Source: Spirochaetaceae bacterium (GTDB lineage: Bacteria > Spirochaetota > Spirochaetia > DSM-2461). Taken from it: DNA of 64,000 nucleotides. Shown here piece after piece: positions 1-8,877 of this stretch. Position numbers and translations under genes: made by a program. The notes under the pieces are model-generated. The model was not told the origin of the DNA. It saw only the letters and a list, made by a program, of their open reading frames with translations, and searched no databases. The DNA lies in the NCBI GenBank assembly GCA_051531975.1, contig JAOPTT010000007.1:88985-152984 (forward strand), in the 5' to 3' direction. The number at the start of each line of letters is the position of its first letter. Positions within the stretch are counted from its first letter, which is position 1.

Positions 1-590
1 AGTTTATGTTTATGTTCAAATCCTCTATAAATACCAAAAAATAAGCTAAGTGGTACCGCCAAGTAGTGTGATACCATATCTAACCATTTTTTTGAACTGT
101 TTTCTGGATGATGTTCATAATGAATTCTTAACCTTTCCATAACCTCGATACCAGCCACAAAAAGAATATAAATCACCTTAGTTTTTTTACTATTTTTAGA
201 TAGTAGCATAATATCAATAATACTTACTTTTGAGATTAAAATATTAAAAAATGCGAATATATTAGGAATTATAAATACTCTAATAAAAATAAGTCTCCAC
301 ATTCCAGTATAGTAATCTATTGCAAAATCCCATCCTCTTCCAATACCTTTTACAAGGAAAAATATTATGTGAAGAATAAGTATTACAATAGCTAAGAATT
401 TGGTAAAACCAATAAAACTTTTAAGGTTATCTCTGTTAGTAGAAGCGTAATATATTACAACTGTTAAGTAGACTATTATTTGGTATGTTATATTTTTACT
501 AAAAGTATTAGTAGTTAAATATATAAAAGCTATTATAAGTAGAATTAAAATAGTAAATTTAACTCTCGCTTTAAGAAATAAGGAATTCAA
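1..590 (-). CDS. Hydrophobic membrane protein, possibly ECF transporter T component (3'-truncated by window edge)
   Basis: Not in the ORF track. My translation from TTG at 590 (GGAG SD upstream) gives MNSLFLKARVKFTILILLIIAFIYLTT...HYLAVPLSLFFGIYRGFEHK, open to position 1 with several TM stretches; directly follows two ABC-like ORFs. Confidence 0.55.
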   Translation of the reverse strand, partial: MNSLFLKARVKFTILILLIIAFIYLTTNTFSKNITYQIIVYLTVVIYYASTNRDNLKSFIGFTKFLAIVILILHIIFFLVKGIGRGWDFAIDYYTGMWRLIFIRVFIIPNIFAFFNILISKVSIIDIMLLSKNSKKTKVIYILFVAGIEVMERLRIHYEHHPENSSKKWLDMVSHYLAVPLSLFFGIYRGFEHKHK

Positions 591-1185
591 TATTTACTCC
601 TTGTATATCTTTAGTCAAAGTTAGATTCTTCTGGTTATTTATAAGCTTGTCTGTGTTATTTAGTATATGGGATATAATAAAAATGTTTTTAACTTTAATA
701 GAGGTAATAAAATCGGTGAAATCCTTTGATGATACGAAGTATTTATCAACTTCATCAAATATTATCACATCTGCATCGTTAAATTTTTTACACTCACCTA
801 AAATAAAATTATATATAGTTCCACTATTAGGATCTAATACTTCTTCCTGATTAAAATCAAGTTTAATGGATTCATGGGCATCATCGTTTAGGAATATAGT
901 TTTAAAGAATGACTTCTGTTTCTTAAGACCTCCAATAAACTCTTTTACTAAAGATATTAGTTTATATGAGAGCAGTTGGTTTTCAATATCTTGGGCAAAA
1001 TAGAGTGTTTTAAGGGATCTATCTTTGAACTCTTTTAAGAGCACACCTTCTATAAACCTACTCTTCCCAATACCATTTTCCCCTTGTAATAGGTAAACAG
1101 CATCTGAGTTTAGAGAAATATCATCTTTTAATTTATATGATGTTTTTGAGGTTGAATCATGGTAATTACCCCTGTTTAGTAACAT
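571..1185 (-). CDS. ABC-type ATPase subunit lacking the LSGGQ signature
   Basis: Walker A GENGIGKS, Q-loop FAQD, Walker B IIFDEVD, H-switch IISH; no signature motif. Confidence 0.65.
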   Translation of the reverse strand: MLLNRGNYHDSTSKTSYKLKDDISLNSDAVYLLQGENGIGKSRFIEGVLLKEFKDRSLKTLYFAQDIENQLLSYKLISLVKEFIGGLKKQKSFFKTIFLNDDAHESIKLDFNQEEVLDPNSGTIYNFILGECKKFNDADVIIFDEVDKYFVSSKDFTDFITSIKVKNIFIISHILNNTDKLINNQKNLTLTKDIQGVNIEFLIS

Positions 1186-1516
1186 TGATGCCCCGTTCTT
1201 TTAAGTATTTTACTATTTTATCTCTATTTTTTGATGTAAGAGATTCTAAAATGTTATTAAGTTCTAAATCTATATTTTTAATATTTTTCTCTTCTAATAT
1301 ATAAGCAAGGGTTATTAAATAAGTAAGGGATCTTTGTCCACCACTTAGTGTATTTATATCTCTATTTAATCCTACCTGAAAATTAAAAAGATCATCAATA
1401 TCTTTTAATATTAGGGACTCGTTTAAATTAAAGCTAAATATATCATTAAGTAGTAGCTCATCCTTAATTTTATTAGAGATAAATTCATGGCTATAGTCTA
1501 TATTTAAAGATCTCAT
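1166..1516 (-). CDS. ABC ATPase helical-subdomain protein (signature only)
   Basis: Contains TLSGGQR and an EcfA-like FISNKIKDEL segment; no Walker A; 116 aa. Confidence 0.55.
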   Translation of the reverse strand: MRSLNIDYSHEFISNKIKDELLLNDIFSFNLNESLILKDIDDLFNFQVGLNRDINTLSGGQRSLTYLITLAYILEEKNIKNIDLELNNILESLTSKNRDKIVKYLKERGINVTKQG

Positions 1517-1593
1517 TAGGCTCCCTTTGGCAGAATAATAGCTTATTCAGGATTTTTACACTAGTATATTTAATACTTTGAAATAAATCTTAA

Positions 1594-2265
1594 ATGGTAC
1601 ATAATATTCCAATGATATTTAAAGAAAATACAATATTAGTTAATAGTTCAGATCATAGCTTAATGGCTTCAGATATAGCTGAAGAAGGGCAGGAATATGT
1701 TCATGTAAGAGCTCTTATTCCCATATTATCATCAGAAGAAATGCAGAATGTATTATTAGAATTTCAGAACTTCTCTTGGCAACGTAGAACAACGTTTTGT
1801 GGAGTATGTGGTACAAAAAGTATCCTAGATGATTCTGAGGGTTGTAATACATGCCCAAATTGCTCCGAGAAATTCTTTCCAGCTCAGTTCCCTGCAGTTA
1901 TAGTAGCAATTATAAAGGGTGATGAAATATTATTGGCCCATAATGTTAACTTTCCAGGAGATATGACTTCTATTATTGCTGGTTTTGTTGACCTAGGTGA
2001 AAATGCTGAAGAAGCTATTAAGCGCGAAGTTATGGAAGAGGTTGGGTTAAAAGTTAAAAATATAAAGTATCACAGTAGTCAAAATTGGGGTTTTACTTCT
2101 TCTTTGATGTTAGGTTATACCGCAGAATATGAGTCCGGAGAGATTAAAATCGATGAAGTTGAAATCGATAAGGCTGGTTGGTTTAATCGAAATTCAATGC
2201 CAGAGACTCTGCCTCCTAAAATAAGTATTGCCAGAGCTATAATAGATGATTTCATTAAAGGCTAG
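1594..2265 (+). CDS. nudC: NADH pyrophosphatase / NAD-cap decapping Nudix hydrolase
   Basis: Zn ribbon FCGVCG...CPNC, Nudix box AGFVDLGENAEEAIKREVMEEVG, SQNWGF (SQPWPF-like) motif. Confidence 0.9.
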   Translation: MVHNIPMIFKENTILVNSSDHSLMASDIAEEGQEYVHVRALIPILSSEEMQNVLLEFQNFSWQRRTTFCGVCGTKSILDDSEGCNTCPNCSEKFFPAQFPAVIVAIIKGDEILLAHNVNFPGDMTSIIAGFVDLGENAEEAIKREVMEEVGLKVKNIKYHSSQNWGFTSSLMLGYTAEYESGEIKIDEVEIDKAGWFNRNSMPETLPPKISIARAIIDDFIKG

Positions 2266-3229
2266 TTTCAGATCTAATATTATTATATTTGTATCGACTC
2301 TATTACTCGTTTCTTGTCAGACACTAAATTTCCCATCTGAAGAGATTTTACAAGAGAGAGAACTTCTAAGAAGTAAACGATCAAATTTAAATGATGATTG
2401 GGTCCCAGCGGATCCACTTTTTGATAAATATTATTCAGAAATGGCCCAAGGAGTTCCCGGAGCAAATTATTACCCTATTTGGTTTGATTCAATCGGTTCA
2501 AAAATGAATGGAATTATATTAACACCTGCTTCACAGGAAGAACCGGAGCTTAAAAGTAAGGGCACTGTTTTACTTATTCATGGTTATGCAGGAAACCTTA
2601 GAGGTTACAGGTTTTTAATTCCAGAACTATTAAGTGAAGGTTATACTGTAGCCGCTTTATCACTACCTGGGCATGGCTTAGCAGGAGGGGATAGGGGAGA
2701 TATTGATAACTTTAATAATTACGGTATTCTTGTACATGATTTCTTAGAGCAGTTAGAGGGTAAAATACCTAAACCTTATAATGCTGTTGGCCACAGTACT
2801 GGTTGCTCAGCCCTTATGATATACAATCAGGATTATGGATGGGACTTTGATAATGTTGTTTTTATAGCTCCACTAATAAGATCTTCAGCATGGTACCCAT
2901 CTGTCACTGTTCGGTTTTTAACTAAACCTTTTATTCAATATTATAATACTCCTTGGAGTGGGGCTATAGCTGTACAGGTTTTTCCAATGCACTGGCTCGA
3001 TGAACTTAAAAAATGGAATAAAGAAGTAAAAAAGTACAATGTTAAAGACGATGAAATATTGATTTTCCAGGGTGACAGGGATAGTGTTGTAGACTGGAAA
3101 TATAATACAAAGTTCATTAAGAGCAAGTATGCAAATAGTAGCCTAATTTTAAAAGAGGGTGGTTCTCATACATTTTTTTTCAAGGATGAAGAGTTGATAA
3201 CTGATATTGTTGGTTATTTTAATAACTAA
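2246..3229 (+). CDS. Alpha/beta hydrolase lipoprotein (lysophospholipase-like)
   Basis: Lipobox LLVSC, LIHGY, GHG, nucleophile GHSTG, GDRDSVV, GGSH. Confidence 0.85.
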   Translation: MISLKASFRSNIIIFVSTLLLVSCQTLNFPSEEILQERELLRSKRSNLNDDWVPADPLFDKYYSEMAQGVPGANYYPIWFDSIGSKMNGIILTPASQEEPELKSKGTVLLIHGYAGNLRGYRFLIPELLSEGYTVAALSLPGHGLAGGDRGDIDNFNNYGILVHDFLEQLEGKIPKPYNAVGHSTGCSALMIYNQDYGWDFDNVVFIAPLIRSSAWYPSVTVRFLTKPFIQYYNTPWSGAIAVQVFPMHWLDELKKWNKEVKKYNVKDDEILIFQGDRDSVVDWKYNTKFIKSKYANSSLILKEGGSHTFFFKDEELITDIVGYFNN

Positions 3230-4809
3230 AATATACAATATTGGTTTCTACCAGATTCTTTTGCTCTATATAAAGCCTTATCAGCCATTAATATAAAATC
3301 TTTAATCTCATCATTGTCCTTAGGTGACATAAATGCAATACCAATACTGAATGTTACAAATTCTGCTATTTCTGACTTTGCATGTCTAATATTCAGTTCT
3401 TTCATATCTGCTAAAAGTGATTTCGTTAGTTTAATTATATCTTCATTATCATTATTGGAGAAGATCAATCCAAATTCTTCTCCTCCATACCTAGCAGCAA
3501 GTTCTCCCGCTCTTTTAGTCTTTTTAGCTAGTAACTGACCGATTTTTTTTAAGCATTCATCTCCAGCCTGATGACCATAATAGTCGTTATAGTTTTTAAA
3601 ATAATCTATATCTATCAGTAATAAGGTTATATTTTTTTTAAACCTTTTTTGACGATTCCACTCTAACAACAATGTTTCATCAAATTTCCTTCTGTTTCCA
3701 ATATTTGTTAACGCATCGATTGTTGAAAGTTTTTTTAACTGCAATCTCTGTTTCTCTATTTTTGTAATAAAATAATTGAATGCCCTAGTTAGATCACCAA
3801 TTTCATCTTTACTTTCAGTTCCTAAGCGGATAGAAAAATCATTGTTTTTCATTATGGAGGTCATATGTTTATCAAGTTTAAGTATTGGATATAAAATATA
3901 TTTATTAAGTAACAAAATGATTAACAATAGAACTATAATTCCTGCGATAATAATGGAAATTGTTGCATATTTTATTATACGTTTACCCTGTTTGGATATA
4001 GTTCTGGGAAATACAATCTTAATTAGAAAAGATGGGTTTCCCTCTATATCATAATAGTAACTGTATAAATTGTAGCTGGAGTCATCACTGTTTTCTTCTA
4101 TATATAATGGTTTTTTATTTAAACTATCTGTAATTGACTTATATGCTTCTATATCTGAATTATTATAGAGATCAATAATATCAAACTCTACACTAGTCTG
4201 TGCACTTATCTTTTTAATTATATCATCGTTTAAAATAATGCCCATAATCATGAATCCATGACTTGGACCTTCTGCTTCACTTGTTAATATAAGCTCTGTA
4301 GTAATTAAAACTGGTCCTTTTTCTGTATTATACACACCTACTATCTTGTATTCTGATAAATCCTGTATGTTGTTTTTTATATTTATAATAGGATGATCTA
4401 TTACGAAATTATCCTGTGGAAAGTTTTTAAGATTTATCTCTTTATTGTTCTCCAAATCAAAGACTTTACCCCAAATGACATCACCCTCTGTATTAATAAT
4501 ATAAATTAAACTAAGACCGATCTCATTAAATATCTGATCGGTTAGATTTGAACTAATAAATTCATCTGAATTATCCATAACAAAATTGTATGTATCATCC
4601 CATGTGGCCCAGTCATTACAAAGTGTATCCAAATGATCGATCTCATTATTTAATGCATCAACTATGCGTTTCATGTTATTTGCGGCTTCTTTTTTCTCCA
4701 ATGATAAAAAGGCTGGTAAAACAACAAAACTTTGTATCATAGATACGCTGATTGTGATAAGTGAAAACAGGATAACTACGATTAGGGATGTTTTGTATTT
4801 AATATTCAT
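3226..4809 (-). CDS. Diguanylate cyclase, CHASE4-HAMP-GGDEF
   Basis: Two TMs around DWATWDDTY (CHASE4), HAMP DEIGDL, DALTNIGNRR, DIDYFK, RYGGEEF. Confidence 0.9.
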   Translation of the reverse strand: MNIKYKTSLIVVILFSLITISVSMIQSFVVLPAFLSLEKKEAANNMKRIVDALNNEIDHLDTLCNDWATWDDTYNFVMDNSDEFISSNLTDQIFNEIGLSLIYIINTEGDVIWGKVFDLENNKEINLKNFPQDNFVIDHPIINIKNNIQDLSEYKIVGVYNTEKGPVLITTELILTSEAEGPSHGFMIMGIILNDDIIKKISAQTSVEFDIIDLYNNSDIEAYKSITDSLNKKPLYIEENSDDSSYNLYSYYYDIEGNPSFLIKIVFPRTISKQGKRIIKYATISIIIAGIIVLLLIILLLNKYILYPILKLDKHMTSIMKNNDFSIRLGTESKDEIGDLTRAFNYFITKIEKQRLQLKKLSTIDALTNIGNRRKFDETLLLEWNRQKRFKKNITLLLIDIDYFKNYNDYYGHQAGDECLKKIGQLLAKKTKRAGELAARYGGEEFGLIFSNNDNEDIIKLTKSLLADMKELNIRHAKSEIAEFVTFSIGIAFMSPKDNDEIKDFILMADKALYRAKESGRNQYCIF

Positions 4810-4856
4810 TACCTTTACATCATAACTCGAAACTTCTAAGAATGAAATAAAAAAGT

Positions 4857-4888
4857 TGCGGACGACTGGACTTGAATCAATACGGAAT
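4857..4888 (-). repeat. Duplicated 3' end of tRNA-Leu (att-like direct repeat)
   Basis: tgcggacgactggacttgaa at 4857-4876 is identical to 5415-5434, followed by degenerate tcaatacggaat vs ccagcacgggat. Confidence 0.85.
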
Positions 4889-4923
4889 TATAAGAAGAGG
4901 CCAAATAACCTCTACTTAGCTTA

Positions 4924-5268
4924 TTATTGAGGGGTCATAGTAAAGTATTGATATGCACCTGGGCCATAAGACCATAATAAGGAAGGCCACCATAATATAA
5001 TTCCCAAAATTAGGTTTACTGGTTTTACTTCTTTTTTAATTGAAGAATGTTTATCTATATATCCTTCTTTTTTAAGTACAATTACAGGTTCTTCCCAAAT
5101 TCCATTACCCATATTAATGCTTGTTGGTGTTGTACCATATGATTCTCCATCTATAAGTAGTTCAACACCATCTACATTAGATTCAAAAGAAACTCTTGTA
5201 TTTGTTACACAACTAGTAAGAAATATAAGTAATGCAATCAATAATAATAACCTTTTAAATAATTTCAT
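4924..5268 (-). CDS. PEGA-domain lipoprotein
   Basis: Lipobox FLTSC, SNVDGVELLIDGESYGTTP...LKKEGY PEGA pattern, C-terminal hydrophobic segment. Confidence 0.75.
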   Translation of the reverse strand: MKLFKRLLLLIALLIFLTSCVTNTRVSFESNVDGVELLIDGESYGTTPTSINMGNGIWEEPVIVLKKEGYIDKHSSIKKEVKPVNLILGIILWWPSLLWSYGPGAYQYFTMTPQ

Positions 5269-5414
5269 AATCTAATCCTTTTAAAAATTGTTTATTGTAA
5301 ATTATTCTTAATTCACATTTATATCAACTCTTTTTTGAATTATAGAAATTTAATATGTGTTTTTTACTAATAAGGCAAATTAGTCTGTATTGAAGTTCTT
5401 GTTATTGTAATTGA

Positions 5415-5498
5415 TGCGGACGACTGGACTTGAACCAGCACGGGATTGCTCCCACTACCCCCTCAAGGTAGCGTGTCTACCAATTTCACCACGTCCGC
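5415..5498 (-). tRNA. tRNA-Leu(GAG)
   Basis: Reverse complement GCGGACGTGGTGAAATTGGTAGACACGCTACCTTGAGGGGGTAGTGGGAGCAATCCCGTGCTGGTTCAAGTCCAGTCGTCCGCA folds as a cloverleaf with GAG anticodon and long variable arm; CCA not encoded. Confidence 0.97.
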
Positions 5499-5550
5499 GA
5501 AATTGTATGGTTATATTAACGTCTAATAACATAATTAGTCAATAAATAAT

Positions 5551-5579
5551 TTGACGAATATAGGGGCTAGTAGTATAAT
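5551..5579 (+). promoter_or_regulatory. Sigma70-type promoter
   Basis: TTGACG-N17-TATAAT. Confidence 0.75.
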
Positions 5580-5585
5580 AATATT

Positions 5586-5689
5586 AAGTAAGGAGCAATT
5601 CCTTATTATATAAAATGCGAGGGTTTCCAGACAACATTGTATGCTCAACTGGAAGCGTTTCTAAGCCGGCTCTAATAACCGGCTTTTTA
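5586..5689 (+). ncRNA. Candidate small RNA (unassigned family)
   Basis: Lies between a near-consensus promoter and an intrinsic terminator; stems AGTAAGGA/TCCTTATT and GTTTCCAG/CTGGAAGC. Confidence 0.5.
5664..5689 (+). terminator. Intrinsic terminator
   Basis: AGCCGG-loop-CCGGCT followed by a T-tract on the + strand. Confidence 0.75.
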
Positions 5690-5711
5690 TGTTTATAAGC
5701 TCTTTTTAAAC

Positions 5712-6533
5712 TTAAATTTCACCTAATTGACCACATGCTCCAGCTATTGATTGCCCTTTACCGTGCCTTATTGTTACTTTTAGATCTAGATTATGTATAA
5801 ACTGTGAAAACCCTTTTACATCATTAAGTTCAGGAGCTTCAAACTCTGATTCTCCTATAGAGTTAAAAGGTATTAGGTTAATTATAACATCTAGATCAGT
5901 TAAGAAATTTTTAATAGCAATAGCTTCATCTAGAGTTGTATTAATACCCTTAAAATTGATGACTTCTATAATTATTCTTTTTCTAGATATTCTCTGGTAC
6001 TCTAATAAGCAAAGTTTAATAATATCTAAACTTGGAGAACCAGGCATAATTCTTGACCTTAATTCCTGGTTGGCAGTTATTAACGAGAATGCTAAACCTG
6101 GATATGGTGCCTTTTCTACTAATTCAGTAATACCTTTAATTACTCCACTTGTAGAAACTGTTATCCGTCTTAAAAATATATTTGAACCTTTTGGGTCTGT
6201 AAAAACCCTAATAGATTTAACAACATTTTGTGTATTGTGCAGAGGTTCACCCATTCCCATATATACGATATTGGTTACTTCTCTATTAAAACTATTTTGT
6301 AAAAGCTGCAATTGACCTGTAATTTCAGATACTGAAAGATTACGTCCTAGACCTAAAGCACCTGTTTTGCAAAAGAGACAACCCTGGGCACAACCAACTT
6401 GGCTACTTATACAAGCTGTTACTCTGTTGGTCTGATCTACTAAAAGAACACTTTCAATAACTGCTCCATCATCGAGTCTAATTGAAATCTTCCCTGTGTT
6501 ATCAATGTCTTTTAATATCTTCTCTACAATCAT
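5712..6533 (-). CDS. rlmN: 23S rRNA/tRNA m2A radical SAM methyltransferase, short N-terminus
   Basis: IESV, CISSQVGCAQGCLFC, MGMGEP, INLIPFN, GACGQL. Confidence 0.85.
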   Translation of the reverse strand: MIVEKILKDIDNTGKISIRLDDGAVIESVLLVDQTNRVTACISSQVGCAQGCLFCKTGALGLGRNLSVSEITGQLQLLQNSFNREVTNIVYMGMGEPLHNTQNVVKSIRVFTDPKGSNIFLRRITVSTSGVIKGITELVEKAPYPGLAFSLITANQELRSRIMPGSPSLDIIKLCLLEYQRISRKRIIIEVINFKGINTTLDEAIAIKNFLTDLDVIINLIPFNSIGESEFEAPELNDVKGFSQFIHNLDLKVTIRHGKGQSIAGACGQLGEI

Positions 6534-6592
6534 AAGTGTAGAGTATAAAACCCGATAGTATATGTCAATATTCTAATATATAATCTGGAACT

Positions 6593-7258
6593 ATGAGTCT
6601 TATTAATGAACATTATAACGATTGTTATTTCTCCTCTGAAAGTGGTTACCTAGAATCAAAATATGTATTTATAGATGGTAACAACCTTACTGATAAGCTG
6701 AATTCAGACCTATTTATTGGTGAAACAGGCTTTGGGACTGGATTAAATTTGTTAGTTCTTGAAGATTTCTTAGAAAAACAAGATAGTTTTGTTAATGTTA
6801 CTTTCAACTCAGTAGAAAAATATCCCCTAGACTTGAGTATAGTTAAAAAAACACTTTCACAATTAGAGAATGTGACCAAATTGTCATTAGAGCGTCATTG
6901 TAAATTATATGAATCTCTTTTTCTAGATATAAAACCCGGTTGGAATAGTATAAAGTTAGTTCGTGAATGGGGGAATCTTCAAATTAACCTATATGTTGGA
7001 GATGTTATTGATTCATTCATATTATATCCAAATAAGATTACTTGCTGGTTTCTAGATGGTCATAGCCCCGATAAGAACCCAGACATGTGGAACTCAAAAG
7101 TCTTTGGTTTAATAGCTTTAAACAGTATAAAAGGAACTTCTTTTGCAACATTTACTGCTGCTGGAATTGTTAAGCAAGGGTTAAGAAATACTGGATTTTT
7201 TGTACAAAGAAAAAAGGGTTATGGAAAAAAAAGACATATGATTTTTGGTAACTATTAA
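6593..7258 (+). CDS. mnmD: Stand-alone MnmC methyltransferase domain (tRNA mnm5s2U synthesis)
   Basis: YFS..GYLES.YVF..GN, ETGFGTGLN, WFLDGHSPDKNPDMW, ATFTAAG, GYGKKRHM. Confidence 0.88.
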   Translation: MSLINEHYNDCYFSSESGYLESKYVFIDGNNLTDKLNSDLFIGETGFGTGLNLLVLEDFLEKQDSFVNVTFNSVEKYPLDLSIVKKTLSQLENVTKLSLERHCKLYESLFLDIKPGWNSIKLVREWGNLQINLYVGDVIDSFILYPNKITCWFLDGHSPDKNPDMWNSKVFGLIALNSIKGTSFATFTAAGIVKQGLRNTGFFVQRKKGYGKKRHMIFGNY

Positions 7259-7280
7259 TTTTTATATATATTTAAAAATC

Positions 7281-7308
7281 TTGACAATTTTGGTTATGAT
7301 TATATAAT
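7281..7308 (+). promoter_or_regulatory. Sigma70-type promoter for rny operon
   Basis: TTGACA-N16-TATAAT, with GGAGG SD before the ATG at 7345. Confidence 0.6.
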
Positions 7309-7344
7309 GACAGTACTAAATAAATATTAATTGGAGGGAATCAT

Positions 7345-8877
7345 ATGCCACAACTGGTTGTGATTTTAGGTTGTTCCCTCGCAGGTTTGTTAATTGGTTG
7401 GCTAATTAGATTAGCCTATGCAAAATATCAATTGTCATCTTCTGAGCAGAGAGCTGTTAGATTAAAGCAAGATGCACTTAAAGAAGCTGAAAGACAGAAA
7501 AACGAGTTTTTACTGGAAGGTAAAGACCAACTTCATCGCGAACGGAAACAACATGATAAAGAGATTAGAGAGCGTAGAGCTGAATTACAAAAGTATGAAA
7601 AGAGGATCTTAACTAAAGAAGACACTGTAGAGAAGAAGTTAGAGGGTATAGATTCTCAGATAAAAAACTTAGAAACTAAAGAGTCCAAATTAGAAGAAAG
7701 AAGTACAGAATTAGGTTCTTTAGAGGATAACTTAAAACTAGAACTTGAAAAAGTTTCAGGTTTATCCCGAGAAGAAGCTAAAAGAATTATTATTGAGCGT
7801 GTAGAAAACGAAGCTAAACATGATGCACAAGCACTTGTAATGAAAATAGAACAAGACGCTAAAGATATTGCTGAGAAAAAAGCTAGAGATATTCTAGTTT
7901 CTACTATTCAGAGAATTGCTACAGATGTTACAAGTGACATAACAGTTACTTCAGTAAGTCTGCCAAGCGATGAAATGAAAGGTAGAATTATTGGTCGAGA
8001 GGGACGGAATATCCGAACACTTGAGACTTTAACAGGTGTTGATATTATAATTGATGATACCCCTGAAGCTGTAGTTATATCTTGTTTTGATCCTATTAGA
8101 AAGGTTATTGCAAAACGTTCATTAGAGCGACTTATCTCTGACGGAAGAATTCATCCTGCTAGGATTGAGGAAGTTGTTCAGAAAGTTGCAGCTGAAATTA
8201 GTCAAATAATTTTAGAAGAAGGTGAAAAACTTCTATTTGATCTAGGTATACATAATATTCCAAGAGAAGGTGTTAAAGCCCTTGGTCGATTATACTTTAG
8301 AACAAGTTATGGTCAAAATATTCTAAGTCACTCTAAAGAAGTTGCTGTTTTAGCTGGTATGATTGCCGCTGAAGTTGGAGCTGATAGAGAACTTGCTAAA
8401 CGTGGAGCACTACTGCACGATATTGGTAAAGGTTTAGAAACAGACGGTGAAGGTAACCATGCTGAACTTGGTGCTGAATTCTGTAAACGGATGGGAGAGA
8501 AGCCTTTAGTAATTAATGCTGTTGCTGCTCACCATAACGACGTAGAGTTTGGTTCAGTTGAAGCTATTATTGTACAGTTAGCCGATGCTATATCTGCTGC
8601 AAGACCTGGTGCTAGACGTGAGAGTTTAGACAACTATATTAAGAGACTTGAGAACCTTGAACGGATCGCAGTAAGTTTTGATGGTGTAGAAAAGTGTTTT
8701 GCAATACAAGCTGGTAGAGAGTTAAGAATTATTGTAAATAGCGATGCTGTTTCCGATAAAGATGCACTTCCTTTAGCTAAAGAGATAGCAAAACAGATAG
8801 AATCAGAATTAACTTACCCTGGTAGAATTAGGGTAGCTATTATAAGAGAGACTAGAGCAATAGAATATGCAAGATAG
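7345..8877 (+). CDS. rny: Ribonuclease Y
   Basis: N-terminal TM, coiled coil, KH MKGRIIGREGRNIR, HD LLHDIGK, AIQAGRE. Confidence 0.97.
   Translation: MPQLVVILGCSLAGLLIGWLIRLAYAKYQLSSSEQRAVRLKQDALKEAERQKNEFLLEGKDQLHRERKQHDKEIRERRAELQKYEKRILTKEDTVEKKLEGIDSQIKNLETKESKLEERSTELGSLEDNLKLELEKVSGLSREEAKRIIIERVENEAKHDAQALVMKIEQDAKDIAEKKARDILVSTIQRIATDVTSDITVTSVSLPSDEMKGRIIGREGRNIRTLETLTGVDIIIDDTPEAVVISCFDPIRKVIAKRSLERLISDGRIHPARIEEVVQKVAAEISQIILEEGEKLLFDLGIHNIPREGVKALGRLYFRTSYGQNILSHSKEVAVLAGMIAAEVGADRELAKRGALLHDIGKGLETDGEGNHAELGAEFCKRMGEKPLVINAVAAHHNDVEFGSVEAIIVQLADAISAARPGARRESLDNYIKRLENLERIAVSFDGVEKCFAIQAGRELRIIVNSDAVSDKDALPLAKEIAKQIESELTYPGRIRVAIIRETRAIEYAR

Noticed and set aside
5615..5698. 27-aa small protein MRGFPDNIV...
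   Set aside because: The AGGAG is ~19 nt away and paired in a stem, and the ORF crosses the terminator; an RNA interpretation is preferred.
5712..6533. Cfr resistance methyltransferase
   Set aside because: The SQVGC and MGMGEP motifs are RlmN-type.
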